From positions 3,456,001 through 3,520,000 of the forward strand of contig CM000208.1 of the NCBI GenBank assembly GCA_000002445.1: 64,000 nt of DNA, in the 5' to 3' direction. Position 1 is the first letter of the stretch. Every line of letters starts with the position of its first letter. Source of the stretch: Trypanosoma brucei. Taxonomy: Eukaryota. Positions 1 through 10,633 of this stretch are shown one piece after another. The notes beneath the pieces were generated by a model. That model saw nothing but the letters and a program-made list of their open reading frames with translations, searched no databases and was not told the DNA's origin. The translations under genes and the position numbers were made by a program.

Positions 1-2313
1 AAACTCAACGACACGGAAGTTCGTTAAAGAGGGGAGAGCGGTTGTAGTGGTAGCTTTGCCCTTGTCAAAGGAGTGAGGCATAGGGGCATCACCATACCAA
101 CAAATGTCACCTGCTAGGATACAACTGTCCTCCGACGGACTGAAGGCGGACTGACTCTGTGTACTTTCCCCATATATCTGTGATTGATGTACACTACTAG
201 TGTAAAAGCACTCCATGCCAACATCACCATCCTCAGGAGTCTCCGCATTTTCCCCAGAGTCCTCCATATCACCGTATCTGTATGGTTGTGAGCTCGCACC
301 ATCTTTTTTTGTCTCGCTATTCCAAACACTAAAATCTTGATTTCCTCCTTCCGATCGCTCATACATTGGCATTTCTTCGCTTTCCGTGTCATTTCTACGC
401 ATTCTTCCTCTCCTCACATTACTTTGAAATTGTGACGATCCAATGTCATCCAACGTATCGGTACCGCACGGACTAAAAGAACCGTGCCCTCTCTGACTGC
501 GGCTGCTACCTTGAAGGCCCATTTGTTTCCAATAGCGGCTTAGCACTGTTTGAACGAAATGCGCCCGCACCGCCCCTTGTTCCTTCTTGTTTGCTGCTAT
601 AGGGTTTCCTATAAGTATTACCCGGGTTAGAGAATGCTGAAGCTCACTAAGCGCAACCACATCCTGCGCTCTCTCCACACGGTTATGACACAGCCCAATC
701 ACTTCAATGCTGGGAAAGCAGAGCCCATGACCATCTTTCACCGATATGGGAGGGACACGGCGCAGCTTGTTGTGGTTTAAATTGACCTCGATCAGGGCTG
801 GCATCGTTGACAAAGCTCTAAATACATTTTCACCATCACGAAACATATTCCCCTCAAGTGCGAAATGAGTAACGCTAGTAAGTCCTGCAAGGTCATCTGG
901 CAGCTTACATAATTTGTTTCCACTGAGATCCAATCGCTCTAATGAAGGAAAGTAACTCAAATGTAATATGTCTGACGGTGATATTCTGTTGAAAGAAAGA
1001 TTCAACGTATGAAGATTGGGCAATAAGACATCATGTGTGCTGCATTCCACGATTCGAGAAATGTGATCTAAAACTTTCCCGGGTGACCTTTCACGGACAT
1101 AGCCGCTAAATGTATTCCTTCCAGTGGTGACATTAGCAGGGGGTGGTTCGAATTCCTGACTACTAAATTTCCCAGAACCCGCGTCTGTGGAAGACGTTTC
1201 CGCCAGATTCTCCCTCGCGTAATAAGCTGCAGCGCTCCTAATTGATGAGTTTTCGGGCCCCGAACTATCGATCCCCTCACCACGCTGAGTACTTCCGGGA
1301 CCCATCTTCATCGAACTATCGTTGCCCATGCTTCTCTTCAAGGAGTTTTGCACCACCTCAGCCAACCCCGCCAGAGAAGTAATTTGGTTATAAGCGAGGT
1401 GCAGAACTTCAAGACCCGTGAGTACCAAAAGCTGCTCCAAAAGCAGCTTGTTCTCGCTCACATCAAGGAAAGAAAGATTACCAAAGTGGGCCATGTCATC
1501 TGATATAACACCAACCAGACTCGATCCCTGTAGCGTTGCCCCCTTCACTGCATCTGGCTCCGGGACACCGCCGGCGCACAGTAGCAGGAAACCATCAAGC
1601 ATCATATTAGGGGGGGTCACATTTGTTCTAATCTGCTGTGGTCTAAGCTTACCTTCCATAGCAGCGTGAAATACACGAGCATCCTCCTCATCATCTTTCA
1701 TATCGGATATGAGCAGCAACCGCTGGGACAAGACACGTTCCCGTTTAAGATGTTCGCTGGGTGCTGGTGGCAATCTGAAGTAACTACGCAGGGATCGCTC
1801 TATTGCACTGCGACCCTTCAGGATACGAAACCCCTGAGGATGAACCACACGGGCATCGAGGCGGGGTTGCGGCCGCGCTGACTGGCGAAATAAACCCCAT
1901 AAACTGTCGGCTTTTGGCGCCGGCTGCGGTAAAAAATCCTCGGGCACAACCCCACCCACACCGTTCGATGCTCTACCGCCCCTGCGAGCACCTGAGAGTA
2001 GTGAACCCATGGTGGGTCCATTGAACTCAGTGTTGTGCGGAAACTGTACGTTGCACCGCTTTGCCTTTGGAATAACGTATTGCAAAAATTCACCTGTGCG
2101 TAACAAGACACATTCATTCCCAAATGTTTGACCTCGTCCAAAGGAGTCCCAAAACCGGTGGTGACTGTATGTTGTCTCTCTTGAACTTTCCTCCCGTTGA
2201 GAATCACCATTTACTGAAATATCCCCTTCATCCTCCACTACCACTGATGGCGATCCCGGTGCAGGTTGGTGTGTGTCATCCACACCTTGCGGTGGATCTG
2301 TAGTCGCTTCCAT
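1..2313 (-). CDS. Leucine-rich repeat protein, partial; the C-terminus lies beyond the left edge of the window
   Basis: Hand translation of the minus strand gives one uninterrupted frame from ATG at 2313..2311 (MEATTDPPQGV...) down to position 1, with a stop just upstream of the ATG. Clear LRR units are present (FGNLSFLDVSENKL, LHTLNLSFNRISP, LERLDLSGNKLCKLP, LIEVNLNHNKLRRVP). It is absent from the ORF track only because there is no in-window stop. Confidence 0.6.
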   Translation of the reverse strand, partial: MEATTDPPQGVDDTHQPAPGSPSVVVEDEGDISVNGDSQREESSRETTYSHHRFWDSFGRGQTFGNECVLLRTGEFLQYVIPKAKRCNVQFPHNTEFNGPTMGSLLSGARRGGRASNGVGGVVPEDFLPQPAPKADSLWGLFRQSARPQPRLDARVVHPQGFRILKGRSAIERSLRSYFRLPPAPSEHLKRERVLSQRLLLISDMKDDEEDARVFHAAMEGKLRPQQIRTNVTPPNMMLDGFLLLCAGGVPEPDAVKGATLQGSSLVGVISDDMAHFGNLSFLDVSENKLLLEQLLVLTGLEVLHLAYNQITSLAGLAEVVQNSLKRSMGNDSSMKMGPGSTQRGEGIDSSGPENSSIRSAAAYYARENLAETSSTDAGSGKFSSQEFEPPPANVTTGRNTFSGYVRERSPGKVLDHISRIVECSTHDVLLPNLHTLNLSFNRISPSDILHLSYFPSLERLDLSGNKLCKLPDDLAGLTSVTHFALEGNMFRDGENVFRALSTMPALIEVNLNHNKLRRVPPISVKDGHGLCFPSIEVIGLCHNRVERAQDVVALSELQHSLTRVILIGNPIAANKKEQGAVRAHFVQTVLSRYWKQMGLQGSSRSQRGHGSFSPCGTDTLDDIGSSQFQSNVRRGRMRRNDTESEEMPMYERSEGGNQDFSVWNSETKKDGASSQPYRYGDMEDSGENAETPEDGDVGMECFYTSSVHQSQIYGESTQSQSAFSPSEDSCILAGDICWYGDAPMPHSFDKGKATTTTALPSLTNFRVVEF

Positions 2314-3298
2314 TATATCCTATCTGCAGCTATGATTCCTTTTAGGTGAGGTATACAGCATGCAAGTTTAATGCCGCGACCTCACACCTACGGTGGGAAG
2401 GGGAAGAAAATGTAACACTTAAATAAGGAGATGAAATCCAAAGGCAAAAAAGAGTAGGGATGGACAGCAACATCAATTATAGAAACAACAACAAACCTTT
2501 GCTTCAAACGAGTTAATGTAGGTGTCACGCAAATAAACACATGTATAACGACGGCTCGACACTCACGACCAACAGCAACATTCATTTGAAGTTCTGTGGC
2601 TACGCTTCGCTTCTCAAAACCCCAGGAGAGGATGTCACAAATGCAAACACACCGGTAACAACAACAGTTAACAGTAAATTCTCGGCTAAAACAAGGAAAA
2701 CGCAAGAAGCAAAAAATGGGATAGAAGGGAAGAAGAATATGTCAAAATTGAAACAGTAACAAATCAGCAAAAAAAAGAAAAGTACATACCTCGCCATCTA
2801 GGAGCACCACTGCACGTGCGGCATCACTCTATCGTGTATTTTACTTTGAAAAGAAAAGAACTTATCCTCTAGACGGAGTAGGCCGCATTTATATTATCGT
2901 GCGGTCTAACACATACGCATTTCACAGTTTCTTCCTGAGCCCCATGAACAGCTGTAATTTCCAAGCCGCTTTATACTCACCGGCGAAACCACATGCCTGA
3001 AAAAGGTTGAACGGAAACAGAAAAAATGAAAGCAATAACACCAAACAAGGAAAGGGACAGCGGGATAATTAAAAACAACAACAACAACAACAAACGAACA
3101 GACGAGCAAACGAAGGGTGCCGTTGAGCGCACAGGAAAAAATTGCCTCGGCCCCTAACACTCCCTTCTTCCACGGAAAAATATGTCCACAAACTTTGTGA
3201 CGCTTTGTATTTTAGTAATTATTTGTTTATATTCCTTCGTTTCTTTTGCGCCATACCACCGCCCTTCCCACAATACCCTCCTCCTTCATAGTACATCC

Positions 3299-6200
3299 TT
3301 AGATGCCCTCCATCTGACGACCTCCTTTAACACCGTCGTCCTTTGTATTATCGGTGATGTTGTCACCGCTGACAAATTCTGATAACCTCCTTCCATTGCT
3401 TTTACACACTGACTCAAGAAGATCACGTTCGACGAAGAACTGCGGTTCTGCGCCGTGCTTTACCATACTATCAATGACTCGCATCGCATCCGTTGACGCC
3501 TTCATGTTCTCATGATAGTGCCTTACTAGCAAGGCGAAGATGTCACCAATGCGAATGGAAGATGTTATGTCCGCATGGTCCTTGTGGCTCGGTCGGCTTC
3601 GCTTAACAAGATCAGAGCAGACTGCAATGAATTCCTTCGCCTGCTCCTCTCCCTTGCCGCTGTCAGCAAGAAGTTTCACCGCTTTTACCGCCTGTGCCAC
3701 GATATCACGGCGGACGCGCAACCCCTCCATCTTTCCTGTAATGTTAACATCACACATCGCATCTCGGTTACGCTCCACTTGGCCAATACACTCATCCAAG
3801 GCACACCATGCATCGTAGTAGTTCCGGTTTTCATCGATTTGCAACTGGGCGTACGAGTCTATATAAGAAATGAGGTTTGTGAACGCTTTTGAACGCGTAT
3901 AAAACAGCACAATATGTTTGTGAATGTTTGCGTCGGTGTGCCAGTTCTGTGACTGCAGGAAATTACCGGCGAGAGTGTAGATCTCCGTACTTCGTGAGTG
4001 GTTCGCGAAGAAAATAACCTTCTTTACGTCACCGCCGCGCATAAGCATTTTCATGGCCTTCACCCGCTCCCCTAATTGCGTATATTTTCTGCACGCAAGG
4101 TTCCAGTTGCCCTGATCCCTCGCAATACCAGCGATCTGCCGCTCCAATTCAGTCTTTTGATCATCCGAAAGCTGGCGCCTCTTCGCTTCAGCGGTGATGG
4201 CATCAGCCATTTCGTCGGTGAGGCCAACACCACGCTCCACACAAAGAGTGAGCGCAGAGGGGTATTCTCTCGCAAAAATATACATTTCTGCTGCTTTGGT
4301 GTAGTGGCCACTCTCTACAAAGTGAGAAGCCATTTGAAGAAAAACCTCTGCATCCTTTTCGGCGTTGAGAGTAGAGCTTATACGGTGCATAGCGTCATAC
4401 TGTTTCCCCTTAATGCACACGTCGATCGCCTTTTGTATGTCTCCTATACGATGATACAGATCCACTGACATTTCGTACACACCGTTATGTTCAAGGAATG
4501 CGGCACAGTCAAGCATTAGATGCGTGTCCTCACTGTTTTGAGCAATCGTTAACAACTCGCTGTGCCGCTCGTGCGACTTGGCCACTTTGGCAGCTGCCCG
4601 CCACGCACCAGCGTGTTGATAATATTTCAGCGCAGATGTTACGTCACCGTTACGTTCGTAGTGCTTGCCAACAAAGTACGCTGCACCAACTGGTTCGATG
4701 GATTGATTTGGCGATGACTGCATCAGCGGGGTCCTGGAACTCTCAGCTTCGCTGCGCCTCTTTTTAATCTCATTGTCTACAATATCAATGGCCTCCTGTG
4801 TTTTTGGTGGTGACTCGTTGAAAAGGAGTCGCACGGTGTTGAAGACATCCCCAGCGAGAGTGTAAAAGTTCGTTGCCTCGCTGAATTTCTTTCGACGCTC
4901 AGCCTGCCGCGCCCACCAATGCAGGAGCTCAGGGTTGTGCGCAAAGAGCTTCTGCAAGATGGGCTGCACTTGGTTGTCGTCATGACCTCTATCATCGCTT
5001 TTCGGATTTCCCCCGGCGCTTGCCGCTCGTACCTCTCCGTCACCTGCAATACCAACACTTTTTGGGTCGGTGAGACTGCTGGCGGGATTCGCTGGTGCTT
5101 CTGCCTCCGCGTTTGACCTGCCTTTGTCAACCGTTGCAACCTCCGCCGATTCTCTCTTCTTCTCAGGCGGTGTCACCAAAAGACGGAGATCAGAGAGGCG
5201 ACCGTTCTGGAAGTACAAACGTACAACGTCCGTGTCAAGGCACCTTGCATTGCAATACCACATCACCGCCGCATCAAAGTTGGAGAAGGACTCCATAAAC
5301 TGGGCGTACTTGTACGCGACTGGGTACACGCGAATGCGGTCGTGCTCACGTGCGTGACGTTGCGCCTGCTCAAACTTTCCACAAGCAATGAAGAGATCGG
5401 TAATCAAGTCGAACCGTTTTGCTTTTCGCAGTAGTTCCTCACATTCCCTCACAAGACCGAGGCTGCAAGCAAGTGTGGCAACCTGTACCTCCTTTTCACC
5501 AGGGTAGTTCGTTCGAGCAACACGAAGGGCGCTTGCAGCAACACCATCTTGCATTTGCGCCAAGCAAACACTAGCAACGTCCAATCGACCGGAGGCAACG
5601 CACATCTTTGCGAGGCTCTGCCAAACGGTGGCAGTCTTAATCGTCTTAACACATCGGTAGGCCTCATCCATATTCCCGACTGTTGAGTAATAGCTAAATT
5701 TCATGAGAGCCTCCAACACTGCCGCGTCCTTTTCAGTCTTCAATCCCTCAAAGTCCCGAAGCCGCTTCTGTTCAATCATGTAGTCCTCCGGATTGCCAGG
5801 GTCGCCGTTAATGCGAACCGAAGTAAGTAAGAAGTCAGGGATCGTTAGGCCAACCAGACATATGTGATATCGCTTCAGTTCCACGGAGTTGTGCACCACA
5901 AGACCTCTGTTGGTTGCGAAAAGTGTTACAAGGTTGTGCGAGCGGTGGGCAAGTGGGTTCACTGCGCTGAAGCCATTTTCAGCGTCCTCAGCGGCCGATT
6001 TGCCTTTTGCGTCCGCAAAGTTCTCCAGATCAGGCATCGCGCCATTAGTTGCCTCTTTGCTCTTAGATTCGGTCGGTTGAGATGTCCTTTTCGGAGAACG
6101 CACACCGCTTTCCCTGTGTTCTGGTGGGCTACAAGTGTCCCTGCCATCGACGTTCCCTTGAGGTCCCGTGGGTTTTTGTTCATCAGGCTGGGAAACGCCC

Positions 6201-8389
6201 TTCAACTGATGCGTTTCGCAGGCCAGTAAAAGGTATCCGGGCTCGCCAAGGGAGTTGCCATTCGGCTCAGGAGTGTTCCAGTATACAGCATGTGGAATTT
6301 CCATCCGTTCCATGAAATCATACGAAAACATCAGATCGGTATCAGCATCATACACCCAAACACGAGTGTCCGGCTGGTCGTTTGAGACGCACCGAGCCAT
6401 TAAGGCCACACGGCGACCTTCAGCATTAACTTTGATACTTGTCACAACCAAATCGTTTCCAAGCTTCGGAAGGAGCCGAGGAGGACCCAAGGGCGTCACC
6501 TCATTACTGTTCACAATGGCTAACCGCATTGCATTCTCAGACGATAGCGCCACGACAACATCTGACATCACATCAACTAATGTTGGTACACCCTCAGCTT
6601 CCGTAAATGCAATCTGCCCTATCATAATCATTTGGAAACTGGAGAACACAATCCGATGGGTGTCCCTCACGTAAAAGATTCCAGACTGGTGAATAGCGAA
6701 TGCCGGGTTCTTGGATGGGACGGAGCTAGTCAGTGTCGCCGTAGAGGTAGCCTCGTTGACGGTGTATAGGTCAATTTGATATCCGTTCCAAAGGCCGATG
6801 ATAGGAAAGGCGATGGACACACCGTATATCTTGCTGCTGCTCTTTAGTAAGCATTGGCAGCCGGTAACACTTTCAACCACCGCCACCTCCATCGAAATTT
6901 GTGTAGCAGCAGCAACACCATCCCATGCGCGTTTCCGAACTGTTTCCCGTAGCATCTGAAGTTTTCCGTTGGAAAGCGTAACATATATGTAGTTATTTCC
7001 ACTGAAACAGAGTCGCTCCACACGGTCCTCTACCTTGACAACCGTCAGCAGTTCCCACTCAGCAGCTGGGTCACCATTGCTCTCGAAAGCACCCGCTTTC
7101 TCTGTACCTTTATTGAACGCATTGGAGGAAGCTGCGGAACCACTTCTCATTCCTACGTCAAACGCACTCACTCCCATGGCATCGTACGGGCTGCTACTCC
7201 CCTGGCAAACAAAGGAAGGTTTCTGGAATACGGCAACTGATCCCTCAGCCGTTGCCATCACGAGGAGTCCCTTTTTCGTCAACGTCGCAATGTGTACGAC
7301 GTGCGCTGATGGAGCCGATGGATGCATTACAACGTACATTCTATCACTTTGCACATTGAAAAAACGCACCCGGTCATCCCCACATCCAAACACGAGTACA
7401 CCGGCAGAAACCCATTCCATCGCTAACGGGTTCCGATTGGCTGAGGCGCCAGGAACCGGTATGGAGAGCTTGCGCCTCATCACTAACTCCGCAACAATGG
7501 TGGGGGTAACACGGTACACAGTCAACATGTGCGTCAAACTGAGAGCAACAAGATAGCGCTCTACCGGGTCATACAAAACTGCGGCTGCAGTTTCTTCCAT
7601 GGTAGCGAGAGGAAACAGTTTCTGTTCCTCGCTGAGTCCAAAAATTGTCTTTCCCTTGCTGGACGCAAGTATGAACACGCACTCGCTTTCACCGTCATCA
7701 AGTCCAGCTGCCTGGAGATTTGCTGTTGTCGAGCCCTCAGCGTTTTCCCCCTCGGCTGCAGGTTTCCGCTGCTGGCGCTGCGACCGCTCCCGTGCCACCA
7801 CAGGCGGTGTCGACACACGCATGGCATGTGTTACGGTTTCGTCCGTAGTAACAGACCACTGTGGGGCCACTGTCGAATGCGAAGCTGGTTTCCCTGCCGA
7901 ATCAGCTTCGCCTTCAGCAGCTGTGGCGCCGCTATCGAATACCCACATAACCGCACGCTTTGAATCGGCCGCCGTCACTAGGTACGCGCCGGAACCGGAC
8001 CATTCACACGCTGTCACGGAGCCATTGACGTGCTGCACCCGGGCGCTTTCTACATCTACCGGTGGGTGTAATGTGAAGTTTGCATCCGTGGGTTTCGTGG
8101 GTGGAAGTGTCCAAACGAGCAACTTCCCACTTCTCGTCCCAATTGCCAAAACTGGCCGGGCTGGGTGCCATGCCAAGCAAGTCACATCATCAGTTGCCTT
8201 TGTACCATCCGACTGACTTTGCGGCTTGGGCGTGTGGTCGGCAACGCTTTCACCCTCCGAGTCTGTTACCAACACATGCAGCGGGTTTGTCCATACGGAA
8301 GCAACAAGTGGCAACTGGGGATGGGCCACAACGTGAGTTGCTGAGACGGCGCCACGACTCGCTATGTTATTCACGAAGTACAGAGACAT
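3299..8389 (-). CDS. IFT140: Intraflagellar transport protein IFT140 (IFT-A complex), 1696 aa; N-terminal WD40 propellers and C-terminal TPR-like solenoid
   Basis: ATG at 8389..8387 and TAA at 3301..3299. The C-terminal blocks VGNMDEAYRCVKTIKTATVWQSLAKMCV and KYTQLGERVKAMKMLMRGGDVKKVIFFANHSRSTEIYTLAGNFLQSQNW match remembered IFT140 signature regions. Length and WD/TPR architecture fit, and there are lineage-specific low-complexity inserts. Confidence 0.75.
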   Translation of the reverse strand: MSLYFVNNIASRGAVSATHVVAHPQLPLVASVWTNPLHVLVTDSEGESVADHTPKPQSQSDGTKATDDVTCLAWHPARPVLAIGTRSGKLLVWTLPPTKPTDANFTLHPPVDVESARVQHVNGSVTACEWSGSGAYLVTAADSKRAVMWVFDSGATAAEGEADSAGKPASHSTVAPQWSVTTDETVTHAMRVSTPPVVARERSQRQQRKPAAEGENAEGSTTANLQAAGLDDGESECVFILASSKGKTIFGLSEEQKLFPLATMEETAAAVLYDPVERYLVALSLTHMLTVYRVTPTIVAELVMRRKLSIPVPGASANRNPLAMEWVSAGVLVFGCGDDRVRFFNVQSDRMYVVMHPSAPSAHVVHIATLTKKGLLVMATAEGSVAVFQKPSFVCQGSSSPYDAMGVSAFDVGMRSGSAASSNAFNKGTEKAGAFESNGDPAAEWELLTVVKVEDRVERLCFSGNNYIYVTLSNGKLQMLRETVRKRAWDGVAAATQISMEVAVVESVTGCQCLLKSSSKIYGVSIAFPIIGLWNGYQIDLYTVNEATSTATLTSSVPSKNPAFAIHQSGIFYVRDTHRIVFSSFQMIMIGQIAFTEAEGVPTLVDVMSDVVVALSSENAMRLAIVNSNEVTPLGPPRLLPKLGNDLVVTSIKVNAEGRRVALMARCVSNDQPDTRVWVYDADTDLMFSYDFMERMEIPHAVYWNTPEPNGNSLGEPGYLLLACETHQLKGVSQPDEQKPTGPQGNVDGRDTCSPPEHRESGVRSPKRTSQPTESKSKEATNGAMPDLENFADAKGKSAAEDAENGFSAVNPLAHRSHNLVTLFATNRGLVVHNSVELKRYHICLVGLTIPDFLLTSVRINGDPGNPEDYMIEQKRLRDFEGLKTEKDAAVLEALMKFSYYSTVGNMDEAYRCVKTIKTATVWQSLAKMCVASGRLDVASVCLAQMQDGVAASALRVARTNYPGEKEVQVATLACSLGLVRECEELLRKAKRFDLITDLFIACGKFEQAQRHAREHDRIRVYPVAYKYAQFMESFSNFDAAVMWYCNARCLDTDVVRLYFQNGRLSDLRLLVTPPEKKRESAEVATVDKGRSNAEAEAPANPASSLTDPKSVGIAGDGEVRAASAGGNPKSDDRGHDDNQVQPILQKLFAHNPELLHWWARQAERRKKFSEATNFYTLAGDVFNTVRLLFNESPPKTQEAIDIVDNEIKKRRSEAESSRTPLMQSSPNQSIEPVGAAYFVGKHYERNGDVTSALKYYQHAGAWRAAAKVAKSHERHSELLTIAQNSEDTHLMLDCAAFLEHNGVYEMSVDLYHRIGDIQKAIDVCIKGKQYDAMHRISSTLNAEKDAEVFLQMASHFVESGHYTKAAEMYIFAREYPSALTLCVERGVGLTDEMADAITAEAKRRQLSDDQKTELERQIAGIARDQGNWNLACRKYTQLGERVKAMKMLMRGGDVKKVIFFANHSRSTEIYTLAGNFLQSQNWHTDANIHKHIVLFYTRSKAFTNLISYIDSYAQLQIDENRNYYDAWCALDECIGQVERNRDAMCDVNITGKMEGLRVRRDIVAQAVKAVKLLADSGKGEEQAKEFIAVCSDLVKRSRPSHKDHADITSSIRIGDIFALLVRHYHENMKASTDAMRVIDSMVKHGAEPQFFVERDLLESVCKSNGRRLSEFVSGDNITDNTKDDGVKGGRQMEGI

Positions 8390-10633
8390 GTCAACCTCCG
8401 CCTTTGACTGTCTTAATCTTTTCTTTCTTCTTCCCTTTTGTTTATTTTATTCCCCTTGTTTTTTTTCTTTTTACAATTTCTTTCCCTACACCCCTTTTGG
8501 GTTCCAACCAGCAAAAGGCCCTGCTATCTCTCAGTGCACGTACAGATGGGCAACAGCAGACAATATGCACGCTCACAGCCTGCTTGTTGTGAATTGCTGG
8601 GTTTGTGATAAGTTGTCTTGCTTCCTCTTGCTTCTTTTTTCCCCCTTTTCTTTGCTCTTAAGCTTCCCCCCTCGTAACTTCACACCACCCACAAGTCCCC
8701 AAGGAACAAAAAAAAAGGATAAGAATAAACGCCATTACTGCAAAGAAAGCACAAGTAGACCACACTTCAGCAAATTCTTACATCACCGCTTCCGAAGAAG
8801 TTGTGTGTAAAGAACACTATACGATACAACGCTGCGCTGCAGCTTATTTGCGTTCCTCTTCATATATATTTCTATCTATATATCTATAAACATATGAGTG
8901 TGTACATGCTTGAAGTTCACGATTACACACTATCACAAGCTTAATTACAAGAGATCCGCGTGGCTTCTAAAATACGGACAGGGGTAAAACATGGATATGT
9001 ACACACATAGACTTCTCTCACAACGATAGAATTCCCCTTCTTTTAATCCCGACCTGCAGCCACGACGGGCACAGGTGTGCGACATCTACACAATGTAAAT
9101 AAAAAAAGAAATATATATATGATTTCTGTATGTGAGCAAACCAACCGGAATGTAACGGAGAAAAAGGGAAAAGTTGAGAAACCCCATAGCCTCTCCGGAG
9201 TGACTTCTGGATGCTACAAACCTGTTCGTTGCACAAATGCAAGGGGAAATCACATTTAGTGTACAGATGAACCCGAGCCTAACGGGTTGTTCCCCAGTTA
9301 TACTAACAGTGACAAGTGGTCACAGTCAACGTGCCGCAACATGCGTTTGCAATTTACAAGCCAAGTCATACAGGTTACATTTCACAGTTTGCCTTATCTG
9401 CCTTCGTCATACATGGTCAATATCGCATGTAAAGTTACTTTCCATGCCAATTATATATAAAAAGGATGAAGGGAAAGGGGGAAAAAAAAGAGGAAAAAAG
9501 AGGAAAAAGGAAGTAATGCGCAGGAACACTTCTCTCTCCCTTGTACCACGGAGGCCTAAACAGCCAACACATAATCGGTCAGACATACAGAAAGAATTTA
9601 GTTTATTTTTATTGCAGTAAGCGGAGAAAGGATTTTAAAAAAACAAAGGGAAAACAAAAGATAGGGGAAAAAAGAGGGGGAGCACGCGTGGTAAAAAAAA
9701 AAACGCAAACGATACGAAAGTTAAAACAGAAGAAAAAAAAGCAAAAAGACAGGAGGAAGATATCACGAGCACCCATACACTAAAGTGGGGCTCGTACCTA
9801 CAACACACACACACACACGCAGCCGTACACGATCAAACGAAGTTGCACCAAGTTAGAAATGACAACTCCACGGGAAAAAAATTAATATAGTAACGAAACC
9901 TTGTATACTAAGTCTATGGGATAACTCGTGTTTCGAAAAAAAAAAAAGGTGATAACGGGATTAGAGAATTGGGATAACAAAAGCGAAGATTAAAAAAATG
10001 GAGAAAACGGAAACACTAGAACACGCACTGTTCGCTTTTGTCACATAGCGCAAACAAATGAAGAAAGCGATGCCAAGTCACTTCGCCTTCATGGCGTTTC
10101 TAGCGCTATTTGCTTTTCATGTCACAAAAAACTGACAAAAGTATGAGGGCACTGAAAACCGTGATAGTTCTAGCGGATTCAGGTAACCCGGTCTCGAAGG
10201 CTTCTCCTTAAGGCCACTGCAGCGAGATATAAAGAAAAAACAAAACTAAAACTAAAATAGGAACAAAGGTATAACGGATAAGTCCGAGAAAGAACAGCAG
10301 CGTGACGGTTGAACAGCGCCTCAGCCCTCCCCCGCAAACACGGACACACATAAATAAATATTTATTTATATCACAAGCACCTAAAACACCCCAGTTTCTT
10401 AATCTCATCTACCAATCCTATTAGTGATAATCAATCCTTCATGGGACGTCCCCCCTCCTTTCCGCTGTCCTCTTGTCGAACAGACCTCATGCACCCTGTA
10501 AAATATATAATAATGATAGTAGCTTCCAGTACACGAACTACTGGAGGAAAAAAAAAACAAAATCACACCGCCAAGAGAGCCAATTGCTGGCCGAAAAGTT
10601 ATGGTCGGATTAACACTCCTCTCATCATGTAGC

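Noticed and set aside
1141-1160. tRNA T-arm-like string ggtggttcgaattcc
   Set aside because: It lies inside the continuous LRR coding frame, and no acceptor or anticodon arm can be built around it. I could find no tRNA-like cloverleaf anywhere in the window.
7599-8216. A 205-aa plus-strand ORF (and similar ones at 15232..15699, 18081..18788, 24180..24818, 38378..39025, 45651..46292 and 48127..48594), all antisense to the minus-strand genes
   Set aside because: Each lies entirely inside a conserved minus-strand CDS, has no recognisable domain, and is expected from GC-rich codon usage on the opposite strand. The whole window is a single-strand polycistron.
8364-8810. A plus-strand 148-aa ORF starting in a C/T-rich tract upstream of IFT140
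   Set aside because: It is a translation of a polypyrimidine/low-complexity spacer (FFLLPFCLFYSPCFF...). There is no plus-strand gene context in the window.
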